Positions 38,795 through 51,022 of a stretch of DNA of 64,000 nucleotides are shown in pieces (the first letter of the stretch is position 1; the number at the start of each line of letters is the position of its first letter). Origin of the DNA: an uncultured Gammaproteobacteria bacterium (GTDB taxonomy: Bacteria; Patescibacteriota; Patescibacteriia; UBA1558; GWA2-36-10); contig CAZRZA010000002.1 in the NCBI GenBank assembly GCA_964604515.1, positions 1,607 through 65,606 on the forward strand. Direction: 5' to 3'. Under the pieces are notes generated by a model. That model saw only the letters and a program-made list of their open reading frames with translations. It did not search any database and had not been told where the DNA came from. The position numbers were made by a program, and so were the translations under genes.

Positions 38795-40059
38795 AGAATA
38801 GATATTATTTAATTTATATTAATTTATTATCTTTATTTATTATTTTATTTCCTTGGCAAATAAGATATATATTTTTTGATTATAAAATAAATGAACAAAT
38901 TTGGGAATATGGTCGTCTAAGTATTTACTTAAGCATGATTCTTCTTTTTTTAGCTACTATCTTTTATTTATTTAATAATAGTCATAAATTAAAAAGATTT
39001 TTTGCTATAAAAACTTGGTCTAGAAAATCTAAAGCCTTAGCTTTGTTTTTAATTTATTTATTTCTTGTTTCTTTATTCTCTGCTTCTAGTATTATTTCTT
39101 TATATTATTATCTTTTATTACTTTTAGCTACCATATTTGTTTGGCTTTTAAAAGATTTTCCTAGGGATAAATTTTTTAATTTATTTTTATTTAATGGCCT
39201 AATACAAGGTTTATTATCTTTTTATCAATCTTTTTCTCAAAAGGTAATAGCTAATAAATACCTGGGTATAGCTGAGCAGATTCCAGAAAGATTAGGAGCC
39301 TCTGTTTTAGAAATAGATGGTTATCGTCTTTTACGGTCTTATGGATCATTGTCACACCCTAATATTTTAGGAGGTTTTCTTTTCTTTACTATAATAATAG
39401 GTATTTATTTATGGTTACAATTTTATAGAAAAAAAAGGAATGATTTATTTTACTTTATTTTTATCATAGCTAGCATTGTAATAGCTAGCCTAGGATTATT
39501 ATTAACTTTTTCTCGAGCTAGTTTTTTAGCTTTAATTGTTTCTTTAATAATTCTAATTATATTTTCTTTATTTAAGAAAGATTATTTATCTTTATTCATA
39601 ATTTCTAAATATTTTATAATATTATTATTATCTTTTTTTGTTATAAATCTATGGTGGCCTCAAGCTTGGGCATCTCGTTTTGATTTTAATAATAGATTAG
39701 AAATTAACTCCCTAGAAGAAAGAGCAGGGGGTTTTAAACAAGTTGATTTTAATAATAATAAACAACTATTTTTAGGGCAGGGCCTAGGAATGAATACCTA
39801 CCTTAATTATTCTACTGATTTAGAGGTATATGATATCCAACCTATTCATAATATATTTCTTTTAATATTATCTGAAATAGGTATAATAGGAGTATTATTA
39901 TTTATTAATTTAATAGAAAAAAAGAAGTATAATATATTATCTTTAGGGGTATTGATAGGTTTTATTGTCCTAGGATCATTTGATCATTATCTTTGGACTT
40001 CTTGGACAGGCTTATTACTTTTTTCTCTATTATTTTATAATAATAGAGAAAAACCTTGA
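38791..40059 (+). CDS. polytopic membrane protein, O-antigen ligase/Wzy-like
   Basis: 422 aa, about 10 TM helices, one larger loop; composition typical of Wzy_C/O-antigen ligase family. Confidence 0.4.
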   Translation: MKNRYYLIYINLLSLFIILFPWQIRYIFFDYKINEQIWEYGRLSIYLSMILLFLATIFYLFNNSHKLKRFFAIKTWSRKSKALALFLIYLFLVSLFSASSIISLYYYLLLLLATIFVWLLKDFPRDKFFNLFLFNGLIQGLLSFYQSFSQKVIANKYLGIAEQIPERLGASVLEIDGYRLLRSYGSLSHPNILGGFLFFTIIIGIYLWLQFYRKKRNDLFYFIFIIASIVIASLGLLLTFSRASFLALIVSLIILIIFSLFKKDYLSLFIISKYFIILLLSFFVINLWWPQAWASRFDFNNRLEINSLEERAGGFKQVDFNNNKQLFLGQGLGMNTYLNYSTDLEVYDIQPIHNIFLLILSEIGIIGVLLFINLIEKKKYNILSLGVLIGFIVLGSFDHYLWTSWTGLLLFSLLFYNNREKP

Positions 40060-40068
40060 CAAAATAGT

Positions 40069-40100
40069 ATTAGCACTCTAAAATATAGAGTGCTAATTTT
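40069..40100 (+). terminator. Rho-independent terminator
   Basis: ttagcactcta-aaatat-agagtgctaa followed by tttt. Confidence 0.6.
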
Positions 40101-40123
40101 AATTATTAATTAAATAAAATAAT

Positions 40124-42047
<1,924 letters not shown>

Positions 42048-42051
42048 AATA

Positions 42052-42082
42052 TAACACCTCTCTTTTGAGAGGTGTTTTTTTA
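42052..42082 (+). terminator. Rho-independent terminator after groEL
   Basis: aacacctctc-tttt-gagaggtgtt followed by T7. Confidence 0.7.
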
Positions 42083-42109
42083 TTAGTGTTTTTTTGTTAT
42101 AATATAAGT

Positions 42110-42607
42110 ATGGTCAAAGAAGAAGCAAAATTAGATATAGAATATAAAGAAACTACTGAAGCTTGGGTTAAGGAAGTGGATCAAGACAAAGAAGATTTAG
42201 AAAAGTTTCAAGAAGAAAAAACAGAAGAAGCTAAAAAGATTTCTTGGATTTTATTAGTATTTATTTTATTTATAATTTCTATTTTAGGAGAAATTATAGT
42301 TTATAGCATTGGGGACTATTTTTTTATTAAGGAAATTAATATAAATATATTAATTTGGTTATGGAGAGTTATTTTGATTAATTTTTATTTATACATCTCC
42401 TATTTTAGAATACACTTACCTTTGGAAAGAATATTTATCATAGCTATTATATCTTTAGTAGCTTCTATTATAGCTTCTATTATTTTTAAAATATTATTTA
42501 TTAATGATGCCTGGGTTTACTTAAATTTATTAGTAGAACCTATTTGGATTATATTATTAATTGCTTTATTTGGTAGTTTATATATTAAATATATTTTTAA
42601 AAATTAA
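42110..42607 (+). CDS. hypothetical membrane protein
   Basis: Acidic N-terminal segment then 3-4 TM helices. Confidence 0.3.
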   Translation: MVKEEAKLDIEYKETTEAWVKEVDQDKEDLEKFQEEKTEEAKKISWILLVFILFIISILGEIIVYSIGDYFFIKEININILIWLWRVILINFYLYISYFRIHLPLERIFIIAIISLVASIIASIIFKILFINDAWVYLNLLVEPIWIILLIALFGSLYIKYIFKN

Positions 42608-42611
42608 ATTT

Positions 42612-42923
42612 ATGATAGAAAAAGATCAAAAGGATATAAATAGAAATAGACATATAGCTGCTGCTAGTTATATTTGGGTATTATGCTTAATACCCCTTTT
42701 ATTTAAAAGAGAATCTAAATTTGCTCAGTTTCACGCTAAACAAGGATTATTATTATTTATTATAGAAATATTTGGTTTTATTCTATTCCTTATCCCTATT
42801 ATCGGTCAAATATTATTCTTCATGGTAATACTATACTCTATTATTGGTGTTAAAAAAGCTTTAGATGGTAAATACTGGTCTATGCCACTTTTAAATAAAG
42901 TAGTAAATAAAATAAATATTTAG
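42612..42923 (+). CDS. small membrane protein (DUF4870-like)
   Basis: ASYIWVLCLIPLLFKRESKFAQFHAKQGLLLF pattern typical of DUF4870 family. Confidence 0.4.
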   Translation: MIEKDQKDINRNRHIAAASYIWVLCLIPLLFKRESKFAQFHAKQGLLLFIIEIFGFILFLIPIIGQILFFMVILYSIIGVKKALDGKYWSMPLLNKVVNKINI

Positions 42924-42924
42924 A

Positions 42925-44376
42925 ATGAATATTAAGAAAACAAAAATAGTTTGTACTATTGGACCATCTTCTAATAGTAAAATAATATTAAAGAAATTAA
43001 TAGGCTCTGGAATGAATGTTGCTAGGCTTAATTTTTCTCATGGAGATTATCCTTCTCACAAAAAACTAATTAATAATATCAGAAGTGTTGCTAAAGAATT
43101 AAATAAGAATATAGCTATTATTCAAGATTTACAGGGACCTCGTATTAGGGTAGCTAAAATATCTGAGCAAGGCTTAGATTTAAGAAAAGATGAAGAAATT
43201 ATTATTATCGCTAAACAAGATGCTAAAGATATTAATATTAAAGGCTTAGAACAGAGAGTGATACCCTTAGATTATAAATATATAGCAGAAGATGTAAAGA
43301 AAAATGACTATATTCTAATAAGTGATGGTTTAATTAGAATTAAAGTAATCAGAATAGCTAAAAACTTAGTACATGGTAAAGTTATAAAAGGAGGAACAAT
43401 ATTTTCTCATAAAGGAATTAATATACCGGGTGTTAAGATAAAAGAAGAGGTAATTACTAAAAAGGATAAAAAAGATTTAGCTTTTGGTATTCAGAATAAA
43501 GTAGATTTTGTTGCTATTTCTTTTGTAGAAAATTATCAAGATATAATAAAATTAAAAAAATTAATAAAAAGGAATAAACCTCAAAATGATATTAAAGTAA
43601 TAGCTAAGGTAGAAAGAATGTCTGCCTTTTTGAACAGAAAGAATATTATAGAAGAAACAGATGCTATTATGATAGCTAGAGGAGATTTAGGAATAGAAAT
43701 ACCAGATGCTAAAGTACCAATGGTACAAAAAGAGTTAATAGCTAATTGTTTAGACTTTGGTAAGCCAGTTATAGTAGCTACACAAATGTTAGATTCTATG
43801 ATTAATTGCCCTAAGCCAACTAGGGCAGAAGTTTCTGATGTAGCCAATGCTGTTTTAGATGGTACTGATGCTGTGATGCTTTCTGGAGAAACTGCTTTTG
43901 GTAAGTATCCTGTAGAAACAGTTACTATGATGGCTAGCATTATTTTAGAAACAGAAAACTCTCCTTTTAATCCCTTACGTGCCGGAGGAGCCACTAAAGA
44001 TATTCATAATAAAGACTTAATATATGCTATTTCTGATTCTGTTTTTGATTTAGCTCAAGAATCTCAAGCTAAGTACATAATAGCTGCTACTCAATCTGGG
44101 TTTACAGCTAGAATGATTGCTAGATATAGACCTGGCGTCCCTATTATGGTTATGGCTACCAAAAAACAAGTAGCAAGACATTTAGCATTAACCTGGGGAG
44201 TATATACTCATATTATAAAGAATTGTAAAAACTTTGATGATTTATTAGATTTTTCTGTCATTAAATTAAAAGAAAGTAAATTAATTAAAAAGGGGGATAA
44301 AGTAATATTTGTTGCTGGACAACCAATAATGCGCACTCAAAATATGAATTTAGTTAAGTTGCATATAGTAGAATAA
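42925..44376 (+). CDS. pyk: pyruvate kinase
   Basis: TKIVCTIGPSS N-terminus, K+/Mg2+ site residues, IMIARGDLGIEIP, MLSGETA. Confidence 0.9.
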   Translation: MNIKKTKIVCTIGPSSNSKIILKKLIGSGMNVARLNFSHGDYPSHKKLINNIRSVAKELNKNIAIIQDLQGPRIRVAKISEQGLDLRKDEEIIIIAKQDAKDINIKGLEQRVIPLDYKYIAEDVKKNDYILISDGLIRIKVIRIAKNLVHGKVIKGGTIFSHKGINIPGVKIKEEVITKKDKKDLAFGIQNKVDFVAISFVENYQDIIKLKKLIKRNKPQNDIKVIAKVERMSAFLNRKNIIEETDAIMIARGDLGIEIPDAKVPMVQKELIANCLDFGKPVIVATQMLDSMINCPKPTRAEVSDVANAVLDGTDAVMLSGETAFGKYPVETVTMMASIILETENSPFNPLRAGGATKDIHNKDLIYAISDSVFDLAQESQAKYIIAATQSGFTARMIARYRPGVPIMVMATKKQVARHLALTWGVYTHIIKNCKNFDDLLDFSVIKLKESKLIKKGDKVIFVAGQPIMRTQNMNLVKLHIVE

Positions 44377-44468
44377 TTGCTTTTCTAATTAAGCTATGAT
44401 ATAAATAATAATACCTATTAAAAAAATAGGATCAGTTCATTCAAACAAAATACAGGAGTAAAATAAAC

Positions 44469-44852
44469 ATGGAAAATAGCAATAGATACACAGATAGTTA
44501 TGTTCAGGGCCTAAGAAAGGAATATCATGTTCCTAAAAACTTAGAGCTTAATTATAATAGAATAACTAGACTACACATAAAATCAGTAGTTAAGAGTATT
44601 TTATTGAAAGACGATATTAAGATATTATCAGAACCAATTGATAGTGATTTAGAAATATGGAAAGTTTTAATAAGAAAAGACTTTTTACCATCTTTCGAAA
44701 TTGCAGACTGTAATTGTAAGATAATTGAACATGATCTAACCTTTGAATTTAGAGGAAACTTAGAATGTATTCTTGATGTGATTTCTTTGATATCAGAAAC
44801 AAAAGAAGGATTAACACTTAGTACGCCCAAGAAGGAGCTTGCTATAGTATAA
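44469..44852 (+). CDS. hypothetical protein
   Basis: 127-aa ORF, no recognisable motif. Confidence 0.25.
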   Translation: MENSNRYTDSYVQGLRKEYHVPKNLELNYNRITRLHIKSVVKSILLKDDIKILSEPIDSDLEIWKVLIRKDFLPSFEIADCNCKIIEHDLTFEFRGNLECILDVISLISETKEGLTLSTPKKELAIV

Positions 44853-44876
44853 CTCTTCCTCTGCCATTGTTTCTGT

Positions 44877-44912
44877 TAAAGCCCCATTGATTAAAATTAA
44901 TGGGGCTTTTTG
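44877..44912 (+). terminator. Rho-independent terminator
   Basis: aaagccccattgatt-aaa-attaatggggcttt followed by ttt. Confidence 0.6.
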
Positions 44913-44951
44913 TTGATTTTTTATCATTATTATCATATACTACTTGAATTA

Positions 44952-45042
44952 GGAGAGGTGGCTGAGTGGTCGAAGGCGCCTGCTTGGAAAGCAAGTGAAT
45001 GATTATATTGTTCCGCAGGTTCGAATCCTGTCCTCTCCGCCA
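44952..45042 (+). tRNA. tRNA-Ser (type II, long variable arm; anticodon probably GGA)
   Basis: GGAGAGG acceptor stem, GTGGCTGAGTGGTCGAAGGC D-arm, TTCGAATCC T-loop, CCTCTCC-G-CCA 3' end, ~19-nt variable arm; one mismatch in the anticodon stem. Confidence 0.8.
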
Positions 45043-45499
45043 TTTAAATAATAACTTTAAAGCTATTATTTATTTTATTTATTTATGTTATTATATACAT
45101 ATATAATATAAATTAATTATTATATTTAAGAGTAAAAATATACTCCGAATGAGATTCGATTTACTAAGCTTTACTAAGATTTTCTTATGAAACTTTACTT
45201 ATTTTTTCTAATTTTTCAAGTTATAATTTCTTTAAAAATAATATTAGAATCACATAATCGTACTTTATGCAATAGTTAACTTGAAATAATTATATATTAT
45301 TGTAACTTTACAAGTAGTTATCGTGTCACTTTTGTAACTTTTTAACAAAATACAAGGCGCACGAAGATCTATTGATTTATAAATAAAAAAAGTGTAGAAT
45401 ATCCTTACCGGGCTTAACGGACTGGGGTTTCAGCCCGATGTAGCCAGCCATTTTACAAAACACTTTTATTTATTAATGTATATTTGCTAGGATAAAGAT

Positions 45500-46231
45500 A
45501 TGAACAAAAGACAAAAAGACTTTTTAATTAAATTAAAAAGAAAAAAATATAGAGAAGAACATCAGAAGTTTACTATTGAAAACTTTAAGATTATTTTAGA
45601 AGAGTATAGTAATAACTTATTAGACTCTATTTATGTTACAGAAAAATTCTATAAAGAGAATGAAGATCAAATGGTTTTTAAGAATACAGATATAATTTCA
45701 GAAAAAGACTTAAAAAAAGTTTCTAATAAAGTAAATCCTCCTGGTATTATTGCTCTTTTTAATATACCACAAGAAAAGAATTTTCATTTTAAGAAAAGAT
45801 TAGTATTGCTATTAGATGATATTCAAGACCCTGGTAATTTAGGCACTATAATTAGAACAGCAGATTGGTTTGGTTTTACAGAAATATTTTGTAGTGAAAA
45901 TTGTGTAGAATTATATAATCCGAAAGTAATTTCTTCTAGTATGGGGTCTATTTTTAATTTAAATATACATAATAATGTTAATTTAAAAGATTTAATAAAA
46001 GACTTAAAGAAAGAAAGATATAGAATAGTAGTAACTGATTTAAATGGTCAGAGTATTAAATTTAATAAAAAAAATAATATTGCTTTGGTAATAGGTAGTG
46101 AGGCCAAGGGAGTTAGTAATAGGATAAAAGGCTTGGCTGATTTAAATTATAAAATAAAGAAATCAGGAAAAGCTGAGTCATTAAACGTAGCTATTGCTAC
46201 TGGTATTATAATGAATGAAATAAAATTTTAA
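45500..46231 (+). CDS. TrmH/SpoU-family RNA 2'-O-methyltransferase
   Basis: SPOUT motifs LLDDIQDPGNLGTIIRTADWFG and LVIGSEAKGV, C-terminal knot region. Confidence 0.75.
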   Translation: MNKRQKDFLIKLKRKKYREEHQKFTIENFKIILEEYSNNLLDSIYVTEKFYKENEDQMVFKNTDIISEKDLKKVSNKVNPPGIIALFNIPQEKNFHFKKRLVLLLDDIQDPGNLGTIIRTADWFGFTEIFCSENCVELYNPKVISSSMGSIFNLNIHNNVNLKDLIKDLKKERYRIVVTDLNGQSIKFNKKNNIALVIGSEAKGVSNRIKGLADLNYKIKKSGKAESLNVAIATGIIMNEIKF

Positions 46232-46234
46232 ATA

Positions 46235-46393
46235 TGAATAAAGAAAAAGAAGTTTTAGATAATATTTATCAGGAATATCAAGAAAAAATAAAAGAAATAA
46301 AGAAAAAACAAATAGAAATAAAGAAAAGAATTAGACAAAGAAAAAATAAAAATAAAATAAGTATTCTTAGGAAATTGATAAATAAGCTTTAAG
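46235..46393 (+). CDS. possible small Lys-rich ORF (52 aa), not in six-frame table
   Basis: ATG 46235, MNKEKEVLDNIYQEYQEKIKEIKKKQIEIKKRIRQRKNKNKISILRKLINKL; no independent support. Confidence 0.2.
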
Positions 46394-46395
46394 CT

Positions 46396-47451
46396 ATGAA
46401 AAATTTAGAAAAAAATAATTTTTTAGAAAAAGAAACAAACTCTTTAGAAAAGAAAAACGAATACCAAGAAGAGGTTACAAAGATATTAGCAGAAGTAGAT
46501 AGTGATCTTAATAATATAGAAGAAATAAATAAAGAGATAAGAGAAGATGATGGTGCTAATATTGAAGATAAAGAAGAGTCTTTAAAGTTAGAAAAAGAAA
46601 GCAAGGTTATTAAAGATAATTTAATAAATAGATTAAAGAGTAAGTTTAAATATTATGCTAAAGTAGGAGCTATAGTATTGGGAGTCGGGGGACCAATTAT
46701 AGGTGAGGCTTCTGCTCAAGTTAATAGTAGCTTTGATAGTAGTAATAAGACAGAGCAGGTAGTTAAAGAAAAAGAGATAATAGAAATATCTCAAGAAGAA
46801 ATAGATGATTTTATATCTAGAATAGAAATAGACTGGGCAGAAAAAAAACCTAATAAAGAGGTCATTGGTATCATTAATGAATTAATAGAAGAGTATTTTA
46901 AAGAATATGCAGATAAAGGCATGGTTTCAAATGATTTGAGCATAAAGATTGCTTTAGCATATGAAGGTTGTACAAATATAGCTACTTATGATACAGAATT
47001 TAATGATATTTACATTCCTCCTGATTTGGTTGATTTATTATCAGAAGCAGAGGCTAGGGCTATTTTTATGCATGAATTTGAACATTTTTACGATGATGGT
47101 AGTGATTACTTAAAAGATGTTCCTTATATTGATTTTGTTGTTAGCGCTGATGAAATGAGTGGCTACAGAACTCAGGTTAAATATATAGAAGATCATAAAG
47201 AAGATTTTTCTTCAGAAGAAGATTATGATATTGCTCTTAGTTATGCAAATATAAAATACAAACAACATAAAAGTGAGGTGGGGGGAATGTTAGAAGCCCT
47301 TGAAGAAGGGCAACACCTTGATGAAGATATAGTTAAAGAAATTAAAAAGAAAGCCATTGGTAGTATTATAAAAGAATATAAAGAATATGCAGCAAAATAT
47401 CCTCAAGGATCAGAGTTAAATAAAATATTAGAGAGTCGCAGAAGTAAATAA
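46396..47451 (+). CDS. single-pass membrane protein with HExxH motif (putative zinc metallopeptidase-like)
   Basis: Acidic coiled-coil N-terminus, TM AKVGAIVLGVGGPIIG, then FMHEFEHFYDDGSD. Confidence 0.4.
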   Translation: MKNLEKNNFLEKETNSLEKKNEYQEEVTKILAEVDSDLNNIEEINKEIREDDGANIEDKEESLKLEKESKVIKDNLINRLKSKFKYYAKVGAIVLGVGGPIIGEASAQVNSSFDSSNKTEQVVKEKEIIEISQEEIDDFISRIEIDWAEKKPNKEVIGIINELIEEYFKEYADKGMVSNDLSIKIALAYEGCTNIATYDTEFNDIYIPPDLVDLLSEAEARAIFMHEFEHFYDDGSDYLKDVPYIDFVVSADEMSGYRTQVKYIEDHKEDFSSEEDYDIALSYANIKYKQHKSEVGGMLEALEEGQHLDEDIVKEIKKKAIGSIIKEYKEYAAKYPQGSELNKILESRRSK

Positions 47452-47457
47452 ATAGAA

Positions 47458-49245
47458 ATGAGTCACATAGAAGAGATAAAGAATAGTTTAGACATAACAG
47501 AAGTTATATCTAATTATATTGATATACAACAAGTAGGCGGTAATTTTAAAGCTCGTTGTCCTTTTCATAATGAAAAAACAGCCTCTTTTATGGTTTCTAA
47601 AGAAAAACAAATTTATCACTGTTTTGGTTGTGATAAAGGAGGGGATATAATATCTTTCATTCAAGAATATGAAGGTCTTAATTTTAATGAAGCTTTAAAG
47701 ATATTAGCAGATAAGGCAGGCATTAGCTTGCCAGAATATAAAGGGCAAAAGAAAGAAGATTATAGTAGGGTATATGAAATAAATAAACTAGCCACAGAAT
47801 TCTATAAGAATAAATTAAAAGAAAATAATGAAGTAGTTAAAAAGGTTAAAGAGTATTTAAATAATCGTAAAATAAAAGAAGAAAGTATAAGTAAATGGGA
47901 ATTAGGATTAGCAGGAGAATCTTGGGATAGCTTATATAATTATTTAAAGAACAAGGAGTATAAAGAGGAGGAAATATTAAAAGCAGGGTTAATATTAAAG
48001 AAAAGAGATGGTCAGGGATATATAGATCGTTTTAGAAAGAGATTAATGTTTCCCATTAAAGATGCTCAAGGAAGAACCGTAGGATTTACTTCTCGTACTT
48101 TAGCTAAAATAGCATATAATGAAGAAACATTTGGTGGTAAGTATATTAATAGTCCGCAAACAGTTATTTATGACAAAAGTAAAATATTATATGGCTGGTC
48201 CTTGGCTAAAGATATCATTAGACAGAAGAAGTATATAATTATAGTAGAAGGTAATATGGATGCTATTGCTATTTCTCAAACGAAGGCTAATAATGTGGTA
48301 GCTGTTTCCGGAACAGCTTTAACAAAAGAACAAATTAAATTAATAAAAAGATATACAAACAATGTTATCTTTGCTTTTGATGGTGACAATGCAGGATCTC
48401 GAGCGGTGTTTAGGGGTATTAGTTTGGGTTGGGAAGAAGAAATGAATTTAAAGATATTAATATTACCAAACGGTAAAGATCCGGCAGATATTATTAAAGA
48501 AAATGAAGATAATTGGTATAATTTATTAAAAAATTCTTTACCAGTTATGGATTATTATTTACAAAGAATATTAGCAGGAATAGACATAAATAGGGCAGAT
48601 CATAAGAAGATAGCGGTAGAAAAACTTTTGCCTATAATTAAATTTTTAAAAAGTAATATAGAGCAAATACATTATTTAAAGATATTAGCAGATAAACTAA
48701 ACATTCCTCTTCATATTTTAGAAAAAGACTTAGAAGGAACTAAGTCATTTTTAGATGATAAGCAAAATAATAACTCTATATATAATGAGCAAAGAAAAGA
48801 AATTGTTAGATCTTTGATAGAGAAAATATTAAGTATGGCTTTTTTTAAAAAAGAGTTATTAGAAAAATTAATAGATGATATTGATTTAGAAATGATGATT
48901 GAACCATGGAAAACCCTTTACGAAAAGATAATTATCTACTATACTAAACATCAGAATTTAGATAATTTTATTGACCAAGCAGATTTAAATGAAGCAGAAA
49001 GAAAAGCTTGGATAGAATTATCATTATTAGGAGAAAAAGATAATTTAGATACAGATAATAAAGACTTATACTATAATTGGGAATTATTAATAAATAAATT
49101 AAAAAAAGATTATTATAATAAAGAAAGAGATATGTTAATTCAGGAATTAAAACAAGCTGAAATATCTAAGGACAAAGAATTAGAGGACAAAGTAGTTCAT
49201 AAAATAAATTTAATTAATAGTAAAATACAAAAAATACAAAATTAA
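47458..49245 (+). CDS. dnaG: DNA primase
   Basis: Zinc-binding domain [11 protein letters not shown]...[16 protein letters not shown] region ([17 protein letters not shown]). Confidence 0.9.
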   Translation: MSHIEEIKNSLDITEVISNYIDIQQVGGNFKARCPFHNEKTASFMVSKEKQIYHCFGCDKGGDIISFIQEYEGLNFNEALKILADKAGISLPEYKGQKKEDYSRVYEINKLATEFYKNKLKENNEVVKKVKEYLNNRKIKEESISKWELGLAGESWDSLYNYLKNKEYKEEEILKAGLILKKRDGQGYIDRFRKRLMFPIKDAQGRTVGFTSRTLAKIAYNEETFGGKYINSPQTVIYDKSKILYGWSLAKDIIRQKKYIIIVEGNMDAIAISQTKANNVVAVSGTALTKEQIKLIKRYTNNVIFAFDGDNAGSRAVFRGISLGWEEEMNLKILILPNGKDPADIIKENEDNWYNLLKNSLPVMDYYLQRILAGIDINRADHKKIAVEKLLPIIKFLKSNIEQIHYLKILADKLNIPLHILEKDLEGTKSFLDDKQNNNSIYNEQRKEIVRSLIEKILSMAFFKKELLEKLIDDIDLEMMIEPWKTLYEKIIIYYTKHQNLDNFIDQADLNEAERKAWIELSLLGEKDNLDTDNKDLYYNWELLINKLKKDYYNKERDMLIQELKQAEISKDKELEDKVVHKINLINSKIQKIQN

Positions 49246-49246
49246 T

Positions 49247-50524
49247 ATGGCCAAGATAAAAGCCAAAAAAAAGAAAGTTATTAAAAAAAGTACTTCTCAA
49301 AAAAGAAGTATTACTAAGCCAAAAAAAGTGGTTAAAAAGAAAACTGTTAAAAGTAATAAAAAGACAGTTAGTGCTAAAAAAAGTACAATAAAAAAAGTGA
49401 AGAAAAGTATTAAGAATAAAATAAAAGCTCCTAAGAAAAAATTAAACAAAGAATTAGCTCTTACTTTAATTAAAAAAGGAAGATCTCGTTCTTTTATTAC
49501 TATGGATCAGGTTTTAAGAATATTTACTGATTTAGAAGATTATGTTTCTGATTTTGAGGTATTTTTAGATGATTTATATGAGAATGGAATTCAATTAATA
49601 GAAATAGAAGGCGGTATTTTAGACTTACAAGATAATGCAGAAGAAATATTATCTTCTTCTGGGGTTTTAGGCAACTTAGAGAGGGGTGACTTAACAGATA
49701 TTGCTGCTGATTCTATTCAAATGTATTTAAGGGAAATAGGTAAAGTACCATTATTAACAGGAGAAGAAGAAGTGGCTTTAGCTAAAAGAAAAGAGAAGAA
49801 TGATATTAATGCTAAAAAACAATTAATAAAAGCTAATTTAAGGTTAGTGGTGAGCATAGCTAAAAGATTTACAGGAAGATCATTGAGTCTTTTAGATTTA
49901 ATTCAAGAAGGTAATATTGGTTTATTTAGAGCAGTAGAAAAATTTGATTATCGTAAAGGGTATAAGTTCTCTACTTATGCTACTTGGTGGATTAGACAGG
50001 CCATTACTAGAGCCTTGGCTGATCAATCTAGAACCATTAGAATACCTGTTCATATGGTAGAAACTATTAATAGATTTAATCAAATAGAAAGAAGGTTGGT
50101 GCAAGAGCTAGGTAGAGATCCTTTGCCAGAAGAAATAGCAGCTGAAATGGGAGAAGATGTAGAGAAAGTAAAACATATAAAAAAGATTTCTCAAGAAACA
50201 GTTTCTTTAGAAGCTTCTGTTGGTGATGACGACGATGATAGTAGTTTAGGAGATTTTATCGAAGATGATAAAACAATTACTCCAGACAGAGTAGCTGCTT
50301 TAAGGTTATTAAGTGATCATGTTAAAAAAATAATTGGAGACTTAACACCTCGTGAACAAAAAATATTAGAAATGCGTTTTGGTTTAACAGATGGAGTAGC
50401 TCATACCTTAGAAGAAGTAGGACAAGAATTTGGTGTAACCAGAGAACGTATTAGACAAATAGAAGCTAAGGCTTTAGAAAGAATAAAGAAGCATGAAGAT
50501 ATGCGTAAATTACAAGATTATTAA
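49247..50524 (+). CDS. rpoD: RNA polymerase sigma-70 factor RpoD with Lys-rich N-terminal extension
   Basis: Regions 1.2-4.2 conserved ([60 protein letters not shown]); the first ~70 aa are K-rich (AKKV/KKK repeats). Confidence 0.95.
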   Translation: MAKIKAKKKKVIKKSTSQKRSITKPKKVVKKKTVKSNKKTVSAKKSTIKKVKKSIKNKIKAPKKKLNKELALTLIKKGRSRSFITMDQVLRIFTDLEDYVSDFEVFLDDLYENGIQLIEIEGGILDLQDNAEEILSSSGVLGNLERGDLTDIAADSIQMYLREIGKVPLLTGEEEVALAKRKEKNDINAKKQLIKANLRLVVSIAKRFTGRSLSLLDLIQEGNIGLFRAVEKFDYRKGYKFSTYATWWIRQAITRALADQSRTIRIPVHMVETINRFNQIERRLVQELGRDPLPEEIAAEMGEDVEKVKHIKKISQETVSLEASVGDDDDDSSLGDFIEDDKTITPDRVAALRLLSDHVKKIIGDLTPREQKILEMRFGLTDGVAHTLEEVGQEFGVTRERIRQIEAKALERIKKHEDMRKLQDY

Positions 50525-50527
50525 ATT

Positions 50528-50989
50528 ATGTTTTTAACAGCTCATACCTCAGTTGCTTTGTTAATAAGTACTAAAATAATTAATCCTTTTTTAGGTTTTA
50601 TTTTAGGTTTTATTTCTCATTTCTTAGTAGATATTATTCCCCATGGAGATGAGGAATTAGATCAGAAAATTATCCATTTAAATAGGAAAGATAAATTTAT
50701 TTTTTTAAGTTTAATTGGTTTTTTTGATTTACTTTTTTCTTTATTATTAGTTTATTTGTTTATTAAATATTCAAGTATAAATAATAATATAATTTGGTTT
50801 ACAGTAATAGGGTCTTGGTTACCAGATATGTTTTGGTTAAGTATAGATTTTTTTAAGGTAAAATTTTTAGGATTTTTTATTAAATTTCATACTTATATGC
50901 ATACTTTAATTGATTATAAGTATCCAATAATATATGGAATACCAGTACAAATTATTTTTGTGTTATTTATATCTTACTTTACATATTAA
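50528..50989 (+). CDS. hypothetical membrane protein
   Basis: 153 aa, 4 predicted TM helices, conserved-looking HGDEELD loop. Confidence 0.3.
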   Translation: MFLTAHTSVALLISTKIINPFLGFILGFISHFLVDIIPHGDEELDQKIIHLNRKDKFIFLSLIGFFDLLFSLLLVYLFIKYSSINNNIIWFTVIGSWLPDMFWLSIDFFKVKFLGFFIKFHTYMHTLIDYKYPIIYGIPVQIIFVLFISYFTY

Positions 50990-50990
50990 A

Positions 50991-51022
50991 TAAAGAAACC
51001 CCTTTTAGGGGTTTCTTTATTT
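50991..51022. terminator. bidirectional terminator between convergent membrane-protein gene and typA
   Basis: aaagaaacccc-tttta-ggggtttcttt hairpin. Confidence 0.6.

Noticed and set aside
45397-45448. RNase P RNA 3' region (ACCGGGCTTAACGG resembles the P4 3' strand ACAGAACCCGGCTTATCGG)
   Set aside because: No matching P4 5' strand (GGAAAGUCCGGGCUCC) or other conserved RNase P regions in the preceding 350 nt, which are ~15-20% GC and unstructured.
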